Below are positions 1 to 8,822 of a stretch of 64,000 bases of DNA, piece by piece. Where the stretch lies: positions 11,566 to 75,565 of the IMG/VR virus record IMGVR_UViG_3300044624_003554; one strand, written 5' to 3'. Each line of letters starts with the position of its first letter. Position 1 is the first letter of the stretch. The stretch is from a virus (taxonomy: Duplodnaviria > Caudoviricetes). The position numbers were made by a program, and so were the translations under genes. Below the pieces are notes generated by a model that saw only the letters and a program-made list of their open reading frames with translations, did no database searches and was not told the origin of the DNA.

Positions 1-2
1 CT

Positions 3-617
3 GGAACTGCTACTGGCATTTTCAATACAAAATCAGACAATGGTCATGGCCATGCTATTTCCGATGTAACTGGTTTGGGAGCATGCTTGAATTCAATCAC
101 CACTTTCTACACTGGTGCTGGTTCATATGCAGCAACTCAAAATGCTTCAAATGCAGCAATGAATGAAGCTCTTGGAGACTACTCCGTAGCTTTAGGTTAT
201 GGAGCAAAAGCCGTTCAAGACTATGAAGTCGCTCAGGCTGCTGGATGGTTTAATGATGTCGGTGATGCTCAAGTAAGTAAAATTCCTGCAAAAGCTTCCA
301 CAACTTCTAGCTCATTAGAAACAGTCGCCTCAGTTCAAATGGAAGCGTCTTCAAACATCATGTTCTCTGCTACAATTATCGGTAGAGGAGCTTCTTCAAA
401 TTATGCAGCCTTCAAAGTTGAAGGTGCGGCTCAAAAATCTGCTGGTGGAACAGTCAGCATCTTAAATGCAACAAGCGTTAACACTTTTGAAGATAACGCT
501 GGTGCATACACTGCAGATGCCTATGTAGACGGTTCTAATGGTATTGCATTTAAAGTTGAAGGTGACGCTGGAATGAAATGGGTATCTGATGTCAATGTTG
601 TAAAAGTAAAAATCTAA
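3..617 (+). CDS. Tail fibre/appendage protein, C-terminal part (5' end outside window)
   Basis: The frame is open from base 3. It contains the tail-repeat-like motif GHGHAISDVTGL and a C-terminal ~140-aa domain paralogous to residues ~500-640 of the next ORF. Confidence 0.6.
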   Translation, partial: GTATGIFNTKSDNGHGHAISDVTGLGACLNSITTFYTGAGSYAATQNASNAAMNEALGDYSVALGYGAKAVQDYEVAQAAGWFNDVGDAQVSKIPAKASTTSSSLETVASVQMEASSNIMFSATIIGRGASSNYAAFKVEGAAQKSAGGTVSILNATSVNTFEDNAGAYTADAYVDGSNGIAFKVEGDAGMKWVSDVNVVKVKI

Positions 618-655
618 TTAAGTGGCATTATTAATAAATTTAACTAAATAATAAT

Positions 656-2893
656 ATGGCATTTAATTTCGATCATACAGCTAGTGGTGACATGACTTTT
701 GTCGGTGGTCACTCGGCTTTCGTAGGTGAATTCGCATTCCCCAAGCCAGCAAATACAGCTCAAGAAGCAGTAGTGATGGTTGGTGGAGGTTTATTCGGCA
801 TTGAAGCAATTAGTGGCTTACAAGCATGTTTAGATTCAAAAGTTCCTACTGGCGAATTTAAAAGTGTTGGATGCAAAAATGCAGAAAATTCTGCATGCAG
901 CATTCCACTTCTTGTTAGCGATGGAATGGGTGGAGGTTTACTTGCAGTAAGCACTATACCAGCATCTATTCAAAACACTATATTCGTTTCGCCAACAGTA
1001 AACGGTTTAATAAACTTAACATCAGCAAATAAAGGAGACTTCGCAACAGTTACTGCAACTAGTTCTACTTATGTATTAACTGGTTCAGCATTTGGTGTCG
1101 CAGAAAACTGGCTTGAATTGCAAAATGCAGACTTAAGCATTCTTTCTGTAAATAATTATACTGGATGCGTTCAAATCAGCGGTAACGATCTTGTATTGAC
1201 ATCTGGTCAATACAATGGATGCACTGTTGATCAAGCATTAGATTGTCATTATGCATGCTTAGTAGATGATGTCAATGACTTGCAAGCATGCTATGTAACA
1301 TATACTAGTTTCGACGCTCCTCTTGGAACACTTGGTTGCTACATGAAAACATGTGATTTCACAACCAATTGTTTGGATGTGGAGTTTTTAACCACTGGTT
1401 ACGTTGATGCATGCTTAGGATATTACGAAACAACTGCATCATTTACTGGCACTGTTGCTACTTATGTTCCTTATAGTGAAGTTGATGAAGCGGCATATCG
1501 TAATACAGGTTTAGCTAGTGGCAATGTTGTAGTAGTAATTGATGTCGGAGGTAGTGGAGTTATTGATAAATCTTTAATTCCTAGCTATAACTACAATGAT
1601 ACGTTTGAGATTTCTTCTTCTGGAGAATTAGCTCAGTTATTGATTGATGAAATAATTCATCCTGGAGATTTTGCAATCAATACAGTCGAACCAGCAACGT
1701 ACATTTATAAATCTGGTGAAGGTTGGGTTAAATTTGCAGATGATCAAGGCGCAATTTATTTCGTAAATGGTCATTCCGCAGATGGTTCCTCTACCGTAAC
1801 TATTGACGCTTCTGACATTCATTATTGTCAATCAGAAAATACTCATTTAAATCAATGCATTACCGCAATTGTTACAGGTATTGATGCAATTGAATTAGAT
1901 TATGAATCCTGTGTTCATTTCACTGGTGAAAGAGCGCATTATTCATTAACTTCAGTATTTGATAACATTGCTGCGACCAAATCAGTAACTGGTCATGGTC
2001 ATGCAATGAGTGACATTTCTGGACTTGCTGGATGCATTGATCCAATGAAAGCATTTGTTCAAGGCGATTTGATTAACCTTCAGTGCAGTTATTCATTGAT
2101 GCTCGATCCTAATAGTGCAACTACAGTAAGTGGCGCATTAGTATTGGGTAAAAATGGAAAAGCTGAAAATCAACATTTCTCAGTAGTTAATTCTGCTGGA
2201 TGCTTCGCTGAAAATGGAGATGCTCAAACCGTTAAGTTTGTTGGCAAAGGAAGCTTCACTAGCAATTCCTTTAACGATATAGCCCTTATTCCCGTAAATG
2301 AATTCACTGCAGCATTTGTTTCGGCTGAAGTTGTCGGCAGATCTTCTGACGATAGCGAAAGCGCAGCTTATTCTATTCAAGGTTTTTTTGCCAGAGAATC
2401 TGGTAATTTAAACAAAATAGGTTGTGAATCAGTCACTACATTCGCTACAACTGATACTGGTTATGGAGTTGAATTCATTACAACCAATGATTACGATGTC
2501 CATCTTCGTGTCAAAGGTGACGCTTCTACTGAAATGCATTGGGTCGCAAATGTTAATTATTTAAAATTAACAGATAGCTCAAACGCTGGTGGCGGTGGAG
2601 TTGGAGCGTACTTCTCTGGCGCTAATAATGCATGGTATACAGTTTCAAATAACTGGTTTACAAACTCTTCATTAACAAATCAAGCCTCTTCATTGCCAGA
2701 CGCTAATACTAGCGTAGTAATGAATGGCGTAACTGGCGCATTGGTTGATCTAAGTAATCCTGCTTGGGTGCAACCTGCATCAATCGATACGACTGCGGTT
2801 ACAGATAGCAACGGCATATGCTTTGTTTCTGGAACATTCAGTGGAACAATCTACGGAAATGCAACATTCTTGAATGGTTCATCTTTCGTATAA
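656..2893 (+). CDS. Tail fibre/appendage protein (745 aa)
   Basis: Motifs IEAISGLQACLDSK and GHGHAMSDISGL (phage tail-repeat-like) and a GVIDKSLIPSY motif typical of phage fibres. The C-terminal 97-aa domain is shared with the tail tube paralogue at 54193-55689. Confidence 0.65.
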   Translation: MAFNFDHTASGDMTFVGGHSAFVGEFAFPKPANTAQEAVVMVGGGLFGIEAISGLQACLDSKVPTGEFKSVGCKNAENSACSIPLLVSDGMGGGLLAVSTIPASIQNTIFVSPTVNGLINLTSANKGDFATVTATSSTYVLTGSAFGVAENWLELQNADLSILSVNNYTGCVQISGNDLVLTSGQYNGCTVDQALDCHYACLVDDVNDLQACYVTYTSFDAPLGTLGCYMKTCDFTTNCLDVEFLTTGYVDACLGYYETTASFTGTVATYVPYSEVDEAAYRNTGLASGNVVVVIDVGGSGVIDKSLIPSYNYNDTFEISSSGELAQLLIDEIIHPGDFAINTVEPATYIYKSGEGWVKFADDQGAIYFVNGHSADGSSTVTIDASDIHYCQSENTHLNQCITAIVTGIDAIELDYESCVHFTGERAHYSLTSVFDNIAATKSVTGHGHAMSDISGLAGCIDPMKAFVQGDLINLQCSYSLMLDPNSATTVSGALVLGKNGKAENQHFSVVNSAGCFAENGDAQTVKFVGKGSFTSNSFNDIALIPVNEFTAAFVSAEVVGRSSDDSESAAYSIQGFFARESGNLNKIGCESVTTFATTDTGYGVEFITTNDYDVHLRVKGDASTEMHWVANVNYLKLTDSSNAGGGGVGAYFSGANNAWYTVSNNWFTNSSLTNQASSLPDANTSVVMNGVTGALVDLSNPAWVQPASIDTTAVTDSNGICFVSGTFSGTIYGNATFLNGSSFV

Positions 2894-2908
2894 CGTGTAA
2901 CAATCAAC

Positions 2909-2948
2909 ATAGAGTCCCGTCTTTGGGCGGGACTCTATTTATTTTTTA
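2909..2948 (+). terminator. Rho-independent terminator
   Basis: Hairpin atagagtcccgtc-ttt-gggcgggactctat followed by a T-rich tract, just after the 656-2893 stop. Confidence 0.85.
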
Positions 2949-2973
2949 ACTTTTTTAATTTATTATATAACAT

Positions 2974-5106
2974 ATGAGTCTTATAAGTGGTAACGCAATA
3001 TTCGGTGGTGATGCAGTCAACTGCTCATCTAATTCAATTTCAGGTTTAGCCGCATTCTTTGGAACTGCGACTAATTCTGGTGACGTAACATCTGCAGTCT
3101 TTAATGATGGGGCTGTAAATTTTGGGTCAATAACTTCTGGTGTTTTTTTGGGTAGCGCAATTAATTCTGGTTCGGTAAGTGTTGCTGAATTTTTTGGAAC
3201 TGCATCTAATGCGGGGTTTGTTGTTGAATCTGCAAGGTTTGCAGATACATCTTCTAATGTTGGAACTGTTTCTGGTTCAGCCATCTTCACAGATACTTCA
3301 ATAAGTGATGGTGTTGTTGAAGGAGCTGTTCAGCTTGGAGTTAACGTGACAGAAGGTGAAAATCAAGCATTGACTGAAACTCCTACAGAATACACTCAAA
3401 CAGATGGATTCTTTCCAAACGCGCATTATAGCAGTGGATCTAAAACTGCACCTACAGATTATGAAACAGTAGTTTACCAAGTTGGTGGTTTTTGGTACAA
3501 ATATGACGGTAATGGAAACGGTTCATTAGCGTCTGGCAATTATAGCGATGGAACTTCAATGTTTACATTTGTTAATGGTATCAAGGGTGGTGCATATACT
3601 CCAAGCTATAATGTGTTAGGTTCGTATTACTACGTTGGAACGCTTACTAACGGCACAACCGTATTGTACAGTGATAACAACTTAACAATAGTTGCTTCCA
3701 ACATCACTCCTTTTGTTGTTGCTGGTGTCGCTAGATACAACACAGACGGCAGTGGAGTAGTAACGATAGAAAACATTGGAGTACTTAATGCGAATTACTA
3801 CTACGCTGGAACGCTTACTAGCGGCACAAGCGTATTGTACAGCGATAACGCATTAACAATATCCGCTCTTGACGTACCTCCTTTTATTGTTGCTGGTATC
3901 ACTAGATACAGCACAAACGGCAGTGGAGTAGTAACGATAGAAAATATTGAAACAATTAATTCGTATTACTACATTGGAACGCTTACTAGCGGCACAACCG
4001 TATTGTACAGTGATGACTCATTAACAGCAACTGCTAATGATATAAATCCTTTTGTTATTGCTGGTGTCGCTAGATACAGCACAAACGGCAGTGGAGTAGT
4101 AACGATAGAGAATATAGTTTCTGTTGCCTTTGGCGGTACTACTTATTATCACATTGGAACATTTGGTGATGGAACCGAATTACACACCACCGACGCCTTA
4201 AATGCTCTTGCTGTTTCTATAGGTCCAATTAATATGGGAGATATTAGCGATCCAGTTGATGGATTAGATGATTCTTTCTCAACTAATGAATTGGGTATTG
4301 TGACTATTACTTACGGATCACAATCTTCTTCTGAAGTCAAATTACCTTATGCAGACGGGGCAGGAGGTGCTTCAGTTTCTTACTATTATGATTCACAAGA
4401 TACTTTTGGAGCAGGCATTGCCCTATATACAGACAACGAAAGAACAACACTTGCAAGTGACTTGTTTTTAGTCAATGAAGATGATGATACATTATACACT
4501 ACAGATGGTTCTGGAGTATTATCTATACAGAGTATATCAAACACTTCATTAAATAATATTACGTATTATCACACTGGAACGTTTACTAGTGGTACAATAT
4601 TATACGGCGAAAATGCTTTAACTTCAACTGTTAATAATCTCTTTTATTATTATAACGATGCTGATGAAAATACTGATGCATTATACACGACAGATGGTAC
4701 TGGAATATTATCTATACAAGAGGCATTTCAGGTTACAATAAATGGCATTACATATCGCTATACTGGCACTCTTACAAGCGGTTCAACTGTATTGAGGGAT
4801 AATATTACCTTTGATCCTGTTGGCGCTTTTAGTTATGTAGATGTAAGCGCTAACAAATTATACGGAGCAAACAGTAGCGGGGAATATTATGAAGAAACTA
4901 TATCAAGTATCACAATAGATACTAGTACATATTATTATGTTGGAGCACTTGCTAATGGGACCATTTTATATAGTGAAAACAGCTTAAGTAACATTGCTAG
5001 TAGTTTTCCTAATGCAAATGCTGGAGATTTAAATAATGATGGATTTAATGATTTAATATCCCACGATAGTATTAGTGGTATAACTATTACCTATGGTACA
5101 GAATAA
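2974..5106 (+). CDS. Repeat-rich virion/appendage protein (710 aa)
   Basis: N-terminal beta-helix-like AxFxxxAxNxGxV repeats, YYYxGTLTxG repeats, and a C-terminal GDLNNDGFND Ca-binding-type loop. Confidence 0.55.
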   Translation: MSLISGNAIFGGDAVNCSSNSISGLAAFFGTATNSGDVTSAVFNDGAVNFGSITSGVFLGSAINSGSVSVAEFFGTASNAGFVVESARFADTSSNVGTVSGSAIFTDTSISDGVVEGAVQLGVNVTEGENQALTETPTEYTQTDGFFPNAHYSSGSKTAPTDYETVVYQVGGFWYKYDGNGNGSLASGNYSDGTSMFTFVNGIKGGAYTPSYNVLGSYYYVGTLTNGTTVLYSDNNLTIVASNITPFVVAGVARYNTDGSGVVTIENIGVLNANYYYAGTLTSGTSVLYSDNALTISALDVPPFIVAGITRYSTNGSGVVTIENIETINSYYYIGTLTSGTTVLYSDDSLTATANDINPFVIAGVARYSTNGSGVVTIENIVSVAFGGTTYYHIGTFGDGTELHTTDALNALAVSIGPINMGDISDPVDGLDDSFSTNELGIVTITYGSQSSSEVKLPYADGAGGASVSYYYDSQDTFGAGIALYTDNERTTLASDLFLVNEDDDTLYTTDGSGVLSIQSISNTSLNNITYYHTGTFTSGTILYGENALTSTVNNLFYYYNDADENTDALYTTDGTGILSIQEAFQVTINGITYRYTGTLTSGSTVLRDNITFDPVGAFSYVDVSANKLYGANSSGEYYEETISSITIDTSTYYYVGALANGTILYSENSLSNIASSFPNANAGDLNNDGFNDLISHDSISGITITYGTE
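3613..4119 (+). repeat. Three tandem 168-171 nt intragenic repeats (56-57 aa)
   Basis: Units 3613-3780, 3781-3951 and 3952-4119 share blocks such as ggaacgcttacta.cggcacaa.cgtattgtacag and acggcagtggagtagtaacgataga. Confidence 0.9.
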
Positions 5107-5130
5107 TAAAAAAATTAATTAATAAAAACA

Positions 5131-5164
5131 AAAAAAACCGATGGTCCAATCCCATCGGTTTTTT
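5131..5164. terminator. Bidirectional terminator between convergent genes
   Basis: aaaaaaaccgatgg-tccaatc-ccatcggtttttt. Confidence 0.85.
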
Positions 5165-5185
5165 GCTTTAAAAAATTAAGCTTAA

Positions 5186-6061
5186 TTAAAAAGCCTTAAT
5201 GATTTCATTAAGATCAAAAACATCTGGCGTGGCATAAGGATAATCATGCATCCTATGCCCAGAGAAATCATACTCTTCAAGATAACCTTCAACTGGTGGA
5301 GTTGAAGTTGTTGTTTTTAGTTTGGAATCTGGGAAAATATTTTTGTTGTTCTTGTAGCCAAAGACTACTGGCTTATTGGTGATCCAGCATACTGAAGACT
5401 GTTTGCCAAAGGCAGCAGCAGCGTGCTGCATAAAGCTATCGATACCCAATCTAGCTTGACTGTTCAAAATAAGACCGAACAAGTCCCTAAATGGAGCATG
5501 AATATGCTGAACATTCTGCAACTTAATCTGATCGTCTCTACAGATTTGCAGGATGTGGTACTTTTGGCTTAAAACGTTCGCTATGGCTTGCGCTTGGTGT
5601 GGTGGGATATCCCTATTCCAACTGTACTGAACGTCCTTAGAACCACCGCCAAAGGGCTGGAAGATCATTACTGGTTTGTTGTTTGGGGCTTGAAACTTTG
5701 TTTTGTTAATCTCTAATGGATTTAAGAACAAATCTGGCTTAATCCCGTCAAATTTTACGCCAAGATTTTCGCACCACGCTTCTGTTAAATGAACATTTTT
5801 CTTGAAGTAGCCTTTGGAAAGATAGGGTTCATCAATCATGAAGATTGTATCGTCACCCTTTACAAAATCCTCATAGAAGTAGGGGGCCATTCCAACCCTA
5901 TAAAACCTATGCACATTTGGATTGCCAATAAAGACTTCTGGATATCCAGATAAAACGATCAAATTATAATCTGGATGAGCTTTTTTAATGGCTCTGCATA
6001 CTGCTGTTGCCATGATTGACTTTCCAATGCCGCCGTTTACTTGAAAAATAATGTTCTTCAT
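5186..6061 (-). CDS. Glycosyltransferase family 9-like (heptosyltransferase-like, GT-B fold)
   Basis: N-terminal GGIGKSIMATAVCRAIKKAHPD and C-terminal LGIDSFMQHAAAAFGK match the GT9 pattern (GxGD...; GxDSGxxHxAAA). Confidence 0.7.
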   Translation of the reverse strand: MKNIIFQVNGGIGKSIMATAVCRAIKKAHPDYNLIVLSGYPEVFIGNPNVHRFYRVGMAPYFYEDFVKGDDTIFMIDEPYLSKGYFKKNVHLTEAWCENLGVKFDGIKPDLFLNPLEINKTKFQAPNNKPVMIFQPFGGGSKDVQYSWNRDIPPHQAQAIANVLSQKYHILQICRDDQIKLQNVQHIHAPFRDLFGLILNSQARLGIDSFMQHAAAAFGKQSSVCWITNKPVVFGYKNNKNIFPDSKLKTTTSTPPVEGYLEEYDFSGHRMHDYPYATPDVFDLNEIIKAF

Positions 6062-6084
6062 TTATGAATATAATAAAATATAAT

Positions 6085-6090
6085 GTGTAA
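6085..6090 (+). promoter_or_regulatory. GTGTAA motif (putative phage-specific promoter)
   Basis: 8 nt upstream of ATG 6099; the same motif precedes six other starts. Confidence 0.5.
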
Positions 6091-6098
6091 AAATAAAC

Positions 6099-6272
6099 AT
6101 GGATCAAATACCAGATAGTGTAAAAGTTATAGGCGCTAATGCAGTAGCTTTAGGAGCGTCTTTTACCTCTTTGGAAAATGGATTAAGGTTAGCTGGCTTA
6201 ACTGCGGCTTTTTTATACACTATGCTTAAGATAGTGCATTTAATAAAAAACTGGAAAAATAAGGAAGAATAA
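6099..6272 (+). CDS. Small membrane protein, holin-like (57 aa; not in the ORF track)
   Basis: MDQIPDSVKVIGANAVALGASFTSLENGLRLAGLTAAFLYTMLKIVHLIKNWKNKEE. Two hydrophobic segments and a charged tail; its TAA overlaps the next ATG (TAATG). Confidence 0.6.
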   Translation: MDQIPDSVKVIGANAVALGASFTSLENGLRLAGLTAAFLYTMLKIVHLIKNWKNKEE

Positions 6273-8377
6273 TGGCTAATTTTATTTTAGGTAATACCAC
6301 GGGCGAAATATGCTGCGAAATACAGCAATCTTACATGAGGCTGACTGGCAATTATGTTGGTCCTTTATGTACTTCTAATTTTAGCACATCTGGATTTTTA
6401 ATCAAAGATGCAAATGATAATTCTGGCATATATGTAGCTAATTGCGCAATTCAAACTTGTAAAAATAAAATTGAATACACTGATGCAAATTCCACAAATC
6501 CAGCTCATTTAATTTTACCAGCAAATAAATGTTTTTATATTTCTGGAAATAATTCTCTCTATTCATTTTCTGATAGTGATATTTTTTCTATTGGTAGTGG
6601 ATTTTATTCAGCTTTTGAGGGACTCCAATCATTTTCTTCGTCACCATCAGTTACTTTAATTCCCAAAACTGCAGCAATTAATAATGCATTTAGATCTTTA
6701 AATTCTTTTTGCGAAGTTCAATTTTATATATGTCAATCAGATAATTCTGGAATTTGTTTGAGTGGATCTAACGCATTTAGATTTGACAACTTGGATAAGC
6801 AAGGCGTTTATTACATAAGTGGCAATTCAACTTCAGTTAGTGGCCTTCCATTAAGTAGTTATTCTTTTGCAAATTATGGGAATTCGTATTTTAATGCAGC
6901 TTCATTATTTAGTGGCAATATAAATTTAGCTGGAACTGGTTGTTTTAATGCCCCCGATATTGGATTAGATGTTGATACAAAATCGATCTTTAAAAAAGAT
7001 TCTATATTTTCTGGAAATATTATCTTAACTGGAGGTTATAATTTATTTTCAGATGGTGCATTTTATTTTACAACTGGAATATTTCCAAGTATAAGTGGAA
7101 CTGGAGATATTATTTTTAATAATTCTTTTTTTAATAATGTTGAAGCTAACTCAGTAAGTGGAACTGGCACATCTTATTTTAATTGCGCTGAAATTTTGGA
7201 ATTATATGTAGGTAATGGATATTTTAATTGTATTCGTCCAGCTGTAGAAAATGATTATTTAATAATATCTGGATATTCTAATTTGCATTTATGTGGAAGT
7301 TTTTTTTGTAATTTTGGATCATTTTTTAATAATGGAAATTTTACAAATACTGGTAATGGAAATTTTTACAATATATGTACAACTGGTTTAAGTACATCTA
7401 GAAATGTATTTTCTGGATGCATGTTTGTAAGTAATGATATTTGTAATTCTGGATTTATTTGTTCTTGGGGAAGTGTTTCTGGTCTTAATTTTTTAACAAC
7501 TGGTTTAATAAGTGGAGCAAACATAAGTGGAACTAATATAAGTGGACAGACTTTCACTCAATTAAATGGTTCTACAATTACTTGTTTTGCATCTTCTGGA
7601 TTACACATTGGAACTCTTTGTACTGGTTATGTTAAAGCCGTAAATACAGCAAAAGCTTGGGGGGTATTTTCTTTAAAAGATGGAGTTCCCACATTGTTGA
7701 CTGGTTACAATGCATGTAGCATCACAATTCCAATAACTGGAATTGCCGCATCTGGAAATCCAGGCAGTCTAAAATATTTTCCAACAGGAAATTTGGTATC
7801 TGGTCAATGGAATTATCCATACGTAATGTATGGAATTGCTTTAAATGAATTAGTCAAAGCTCCCTTTACTTTTAACTTGCAATTTCATCCTGTTAGTTGT
7901 TTTGATACTTTTTCAAATGTAACAACTGGCTATGGCACTCATGCTACAAATTTTTCTGGATATCAAAGAACTGGTTGGTTTGCAACAAGTCCTACGGTAA
8001 GTGGATTTGGTTATTATTCTGGAAGTAGTGGAAATGTGGCTGGCGCGGCTAGTACGCCTTTTGCAAGTGGTGTAATTTCAACTGGAGTTGGCGGTAGCGG
8101 ATTGGCGACTGCTTGGGGTCCACTTGGACCATATTATTGCTCGATGCAAGCTCCATTATTTTCTACATTAGTTAATTGTGCTGGAAAAAATACTTTTTCA
8201 CCAACTACTGGTAATTATAGCACTGGAGATTTTTCTAAAATAGCTTTGGGATCTAGTTACGGAGAAATTATTTTTAGTTTACTTCCTGCATCTGTAGCAT
8301 TGCAAAATAGAGAGTATTATAAAATTGAGAATAATGCATTAAATGGCACTGGAACTTTTGTAATATTTGGATATTAA
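6272..8377 (+). CDS. Tail fibre-like protein (701 aa, S/G/N/C-rich)
   Basis: Low-complexity xSG/TG repeats; followed directly by a fibre-assembly chaperone-like gene. Confidence 0.55.
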   Translation: MANFILGNTTGEICCEIQQSYMRLTGNYVGPLCTSNFSTSGFLIKDANDNSGIYVANCAIQTCKNKIEYTDANSTNPAHLILPANKCFYISGNNSLYSFSDSDIFSIGSGFYSAFEGLQSFSSSPSVTLIPKTAAINNAFRSLNSFCEVQFYICQSDNSGICLSGSNAFRFDNLDKQGVYYISGNSTSVSGLPLSSYSFANYGNSYFNAASLFSGNINLAGTGCFNAPDIGLDVDTKSIFKKDSIFSGNIILTGGYNLFSDGAFYFTTGIFPSISGTGDIIFNNSFFNNVEANSVSGTGTSYFNCAEILELYVGNGYFNCIRPAVENDYLIISGYSNLHLCGSFFCNFGSFFNNGNFTNTGNGNFYNICTTGLSTSRNVFSGCMFVSNDICNSGFICSWGSVSGLNFLTTGLISGANISGTNISGQTFTQLNGSTITCFASSGLHIGTLCTGYVKAVNTAKAWGVFSLKDGVPTLLTGYNACSITIPITGIAASGNPGSLKYFPTGNLVSGQWNYPYVMYGIALNELVKAPFTFNLQFHPVSCFDTFSNVTTGYGTHATNFSGYQRTGWFATSPTVSGFGYYSGSSGNVAGAASTPFASGVISTGVGGSGLATAWGPLGPYYCSMQAPLFSTLVNCAGKNTFSPTTGNYSTGDFSKIALGSSYGEIIFSLLPASVALQNREYYKIENNALNGTGTFVIFGY

Positions 8378-8378
8378 T

Positions 8379-8822
8379 ATGTTCACTTTGTATTGTAATA
8401 CGATTTACGGCTTAACAATTAATTTTTTTGAAACATCGGAGCAGTGCAATGATTTTGCAAAAAAAATAAATCCATTAGCGTACAAAATAATAGAAACAGA
8501 AAATCAATTGCCAATGCATTTCTTTCCAGCGTTTTATTGGAACGAAGAAAAACAAGGTCCAGATATTGATATTCTTTCAGCAATAGAATTAAAAAAAGAA
8601 GAATTAAGATCAATTAGAAAGCCACTTCTTGAGAAATTGGATGTTTTATTTGTTAAAAGTCTGGAATTTGACGATAAAGAAAAAAAATCTAAAATAGTTA
8701 AATATAAAAATGATTTGAGAAATATAACGCTTGGTTTTTTTCCATCAGATCCTTATTTATTAATTTATTTTTATCCAAATATTCTTAATGAAATTGCGCT
8801 ATTTATTCAAGATCAATTCTGA
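8379..8822 (+). CDS. Tail fibre assembly chaperone-like protein
   Basis: C-terminal LRSIRKPLLEKLD...KYKNDLRNIT resembles the RxxRxxLLxxxD...YRQxLRDIT chaperone pattern. The start was moved to ATG 8379, just after the upstream stop. Confidence 0.55.
   Translation: MFTLYCNTIYGLTINFFETSEQCNDFAKKINPLAYKIIETENQLPMHFFPAFYWNEEKQGPDIDILSAIELKKEELRSIRKPLLEKLDVLFVKSLEFDDKEKKSKIVKYKNDLRNITLGFFPSDPYLLIYFYPNILNEIALFIQDQF

Noticed and set aside
2895-2900. GTGTAA at 2895 and other intragenic copies
   Set aside because: The 2895 copy lies upstream of a terminator, and intragenic copies are expected by chance at this base composition; they were not counted as promoter evidence.
3613-4119. Diversity-generating retroelement (TR/VR pair), here or at 62725-62945
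   Set aside because: The differences between copies are not restricted to adenines, all copies are coding and tandem, and no reverse transcriptase is present in the window.
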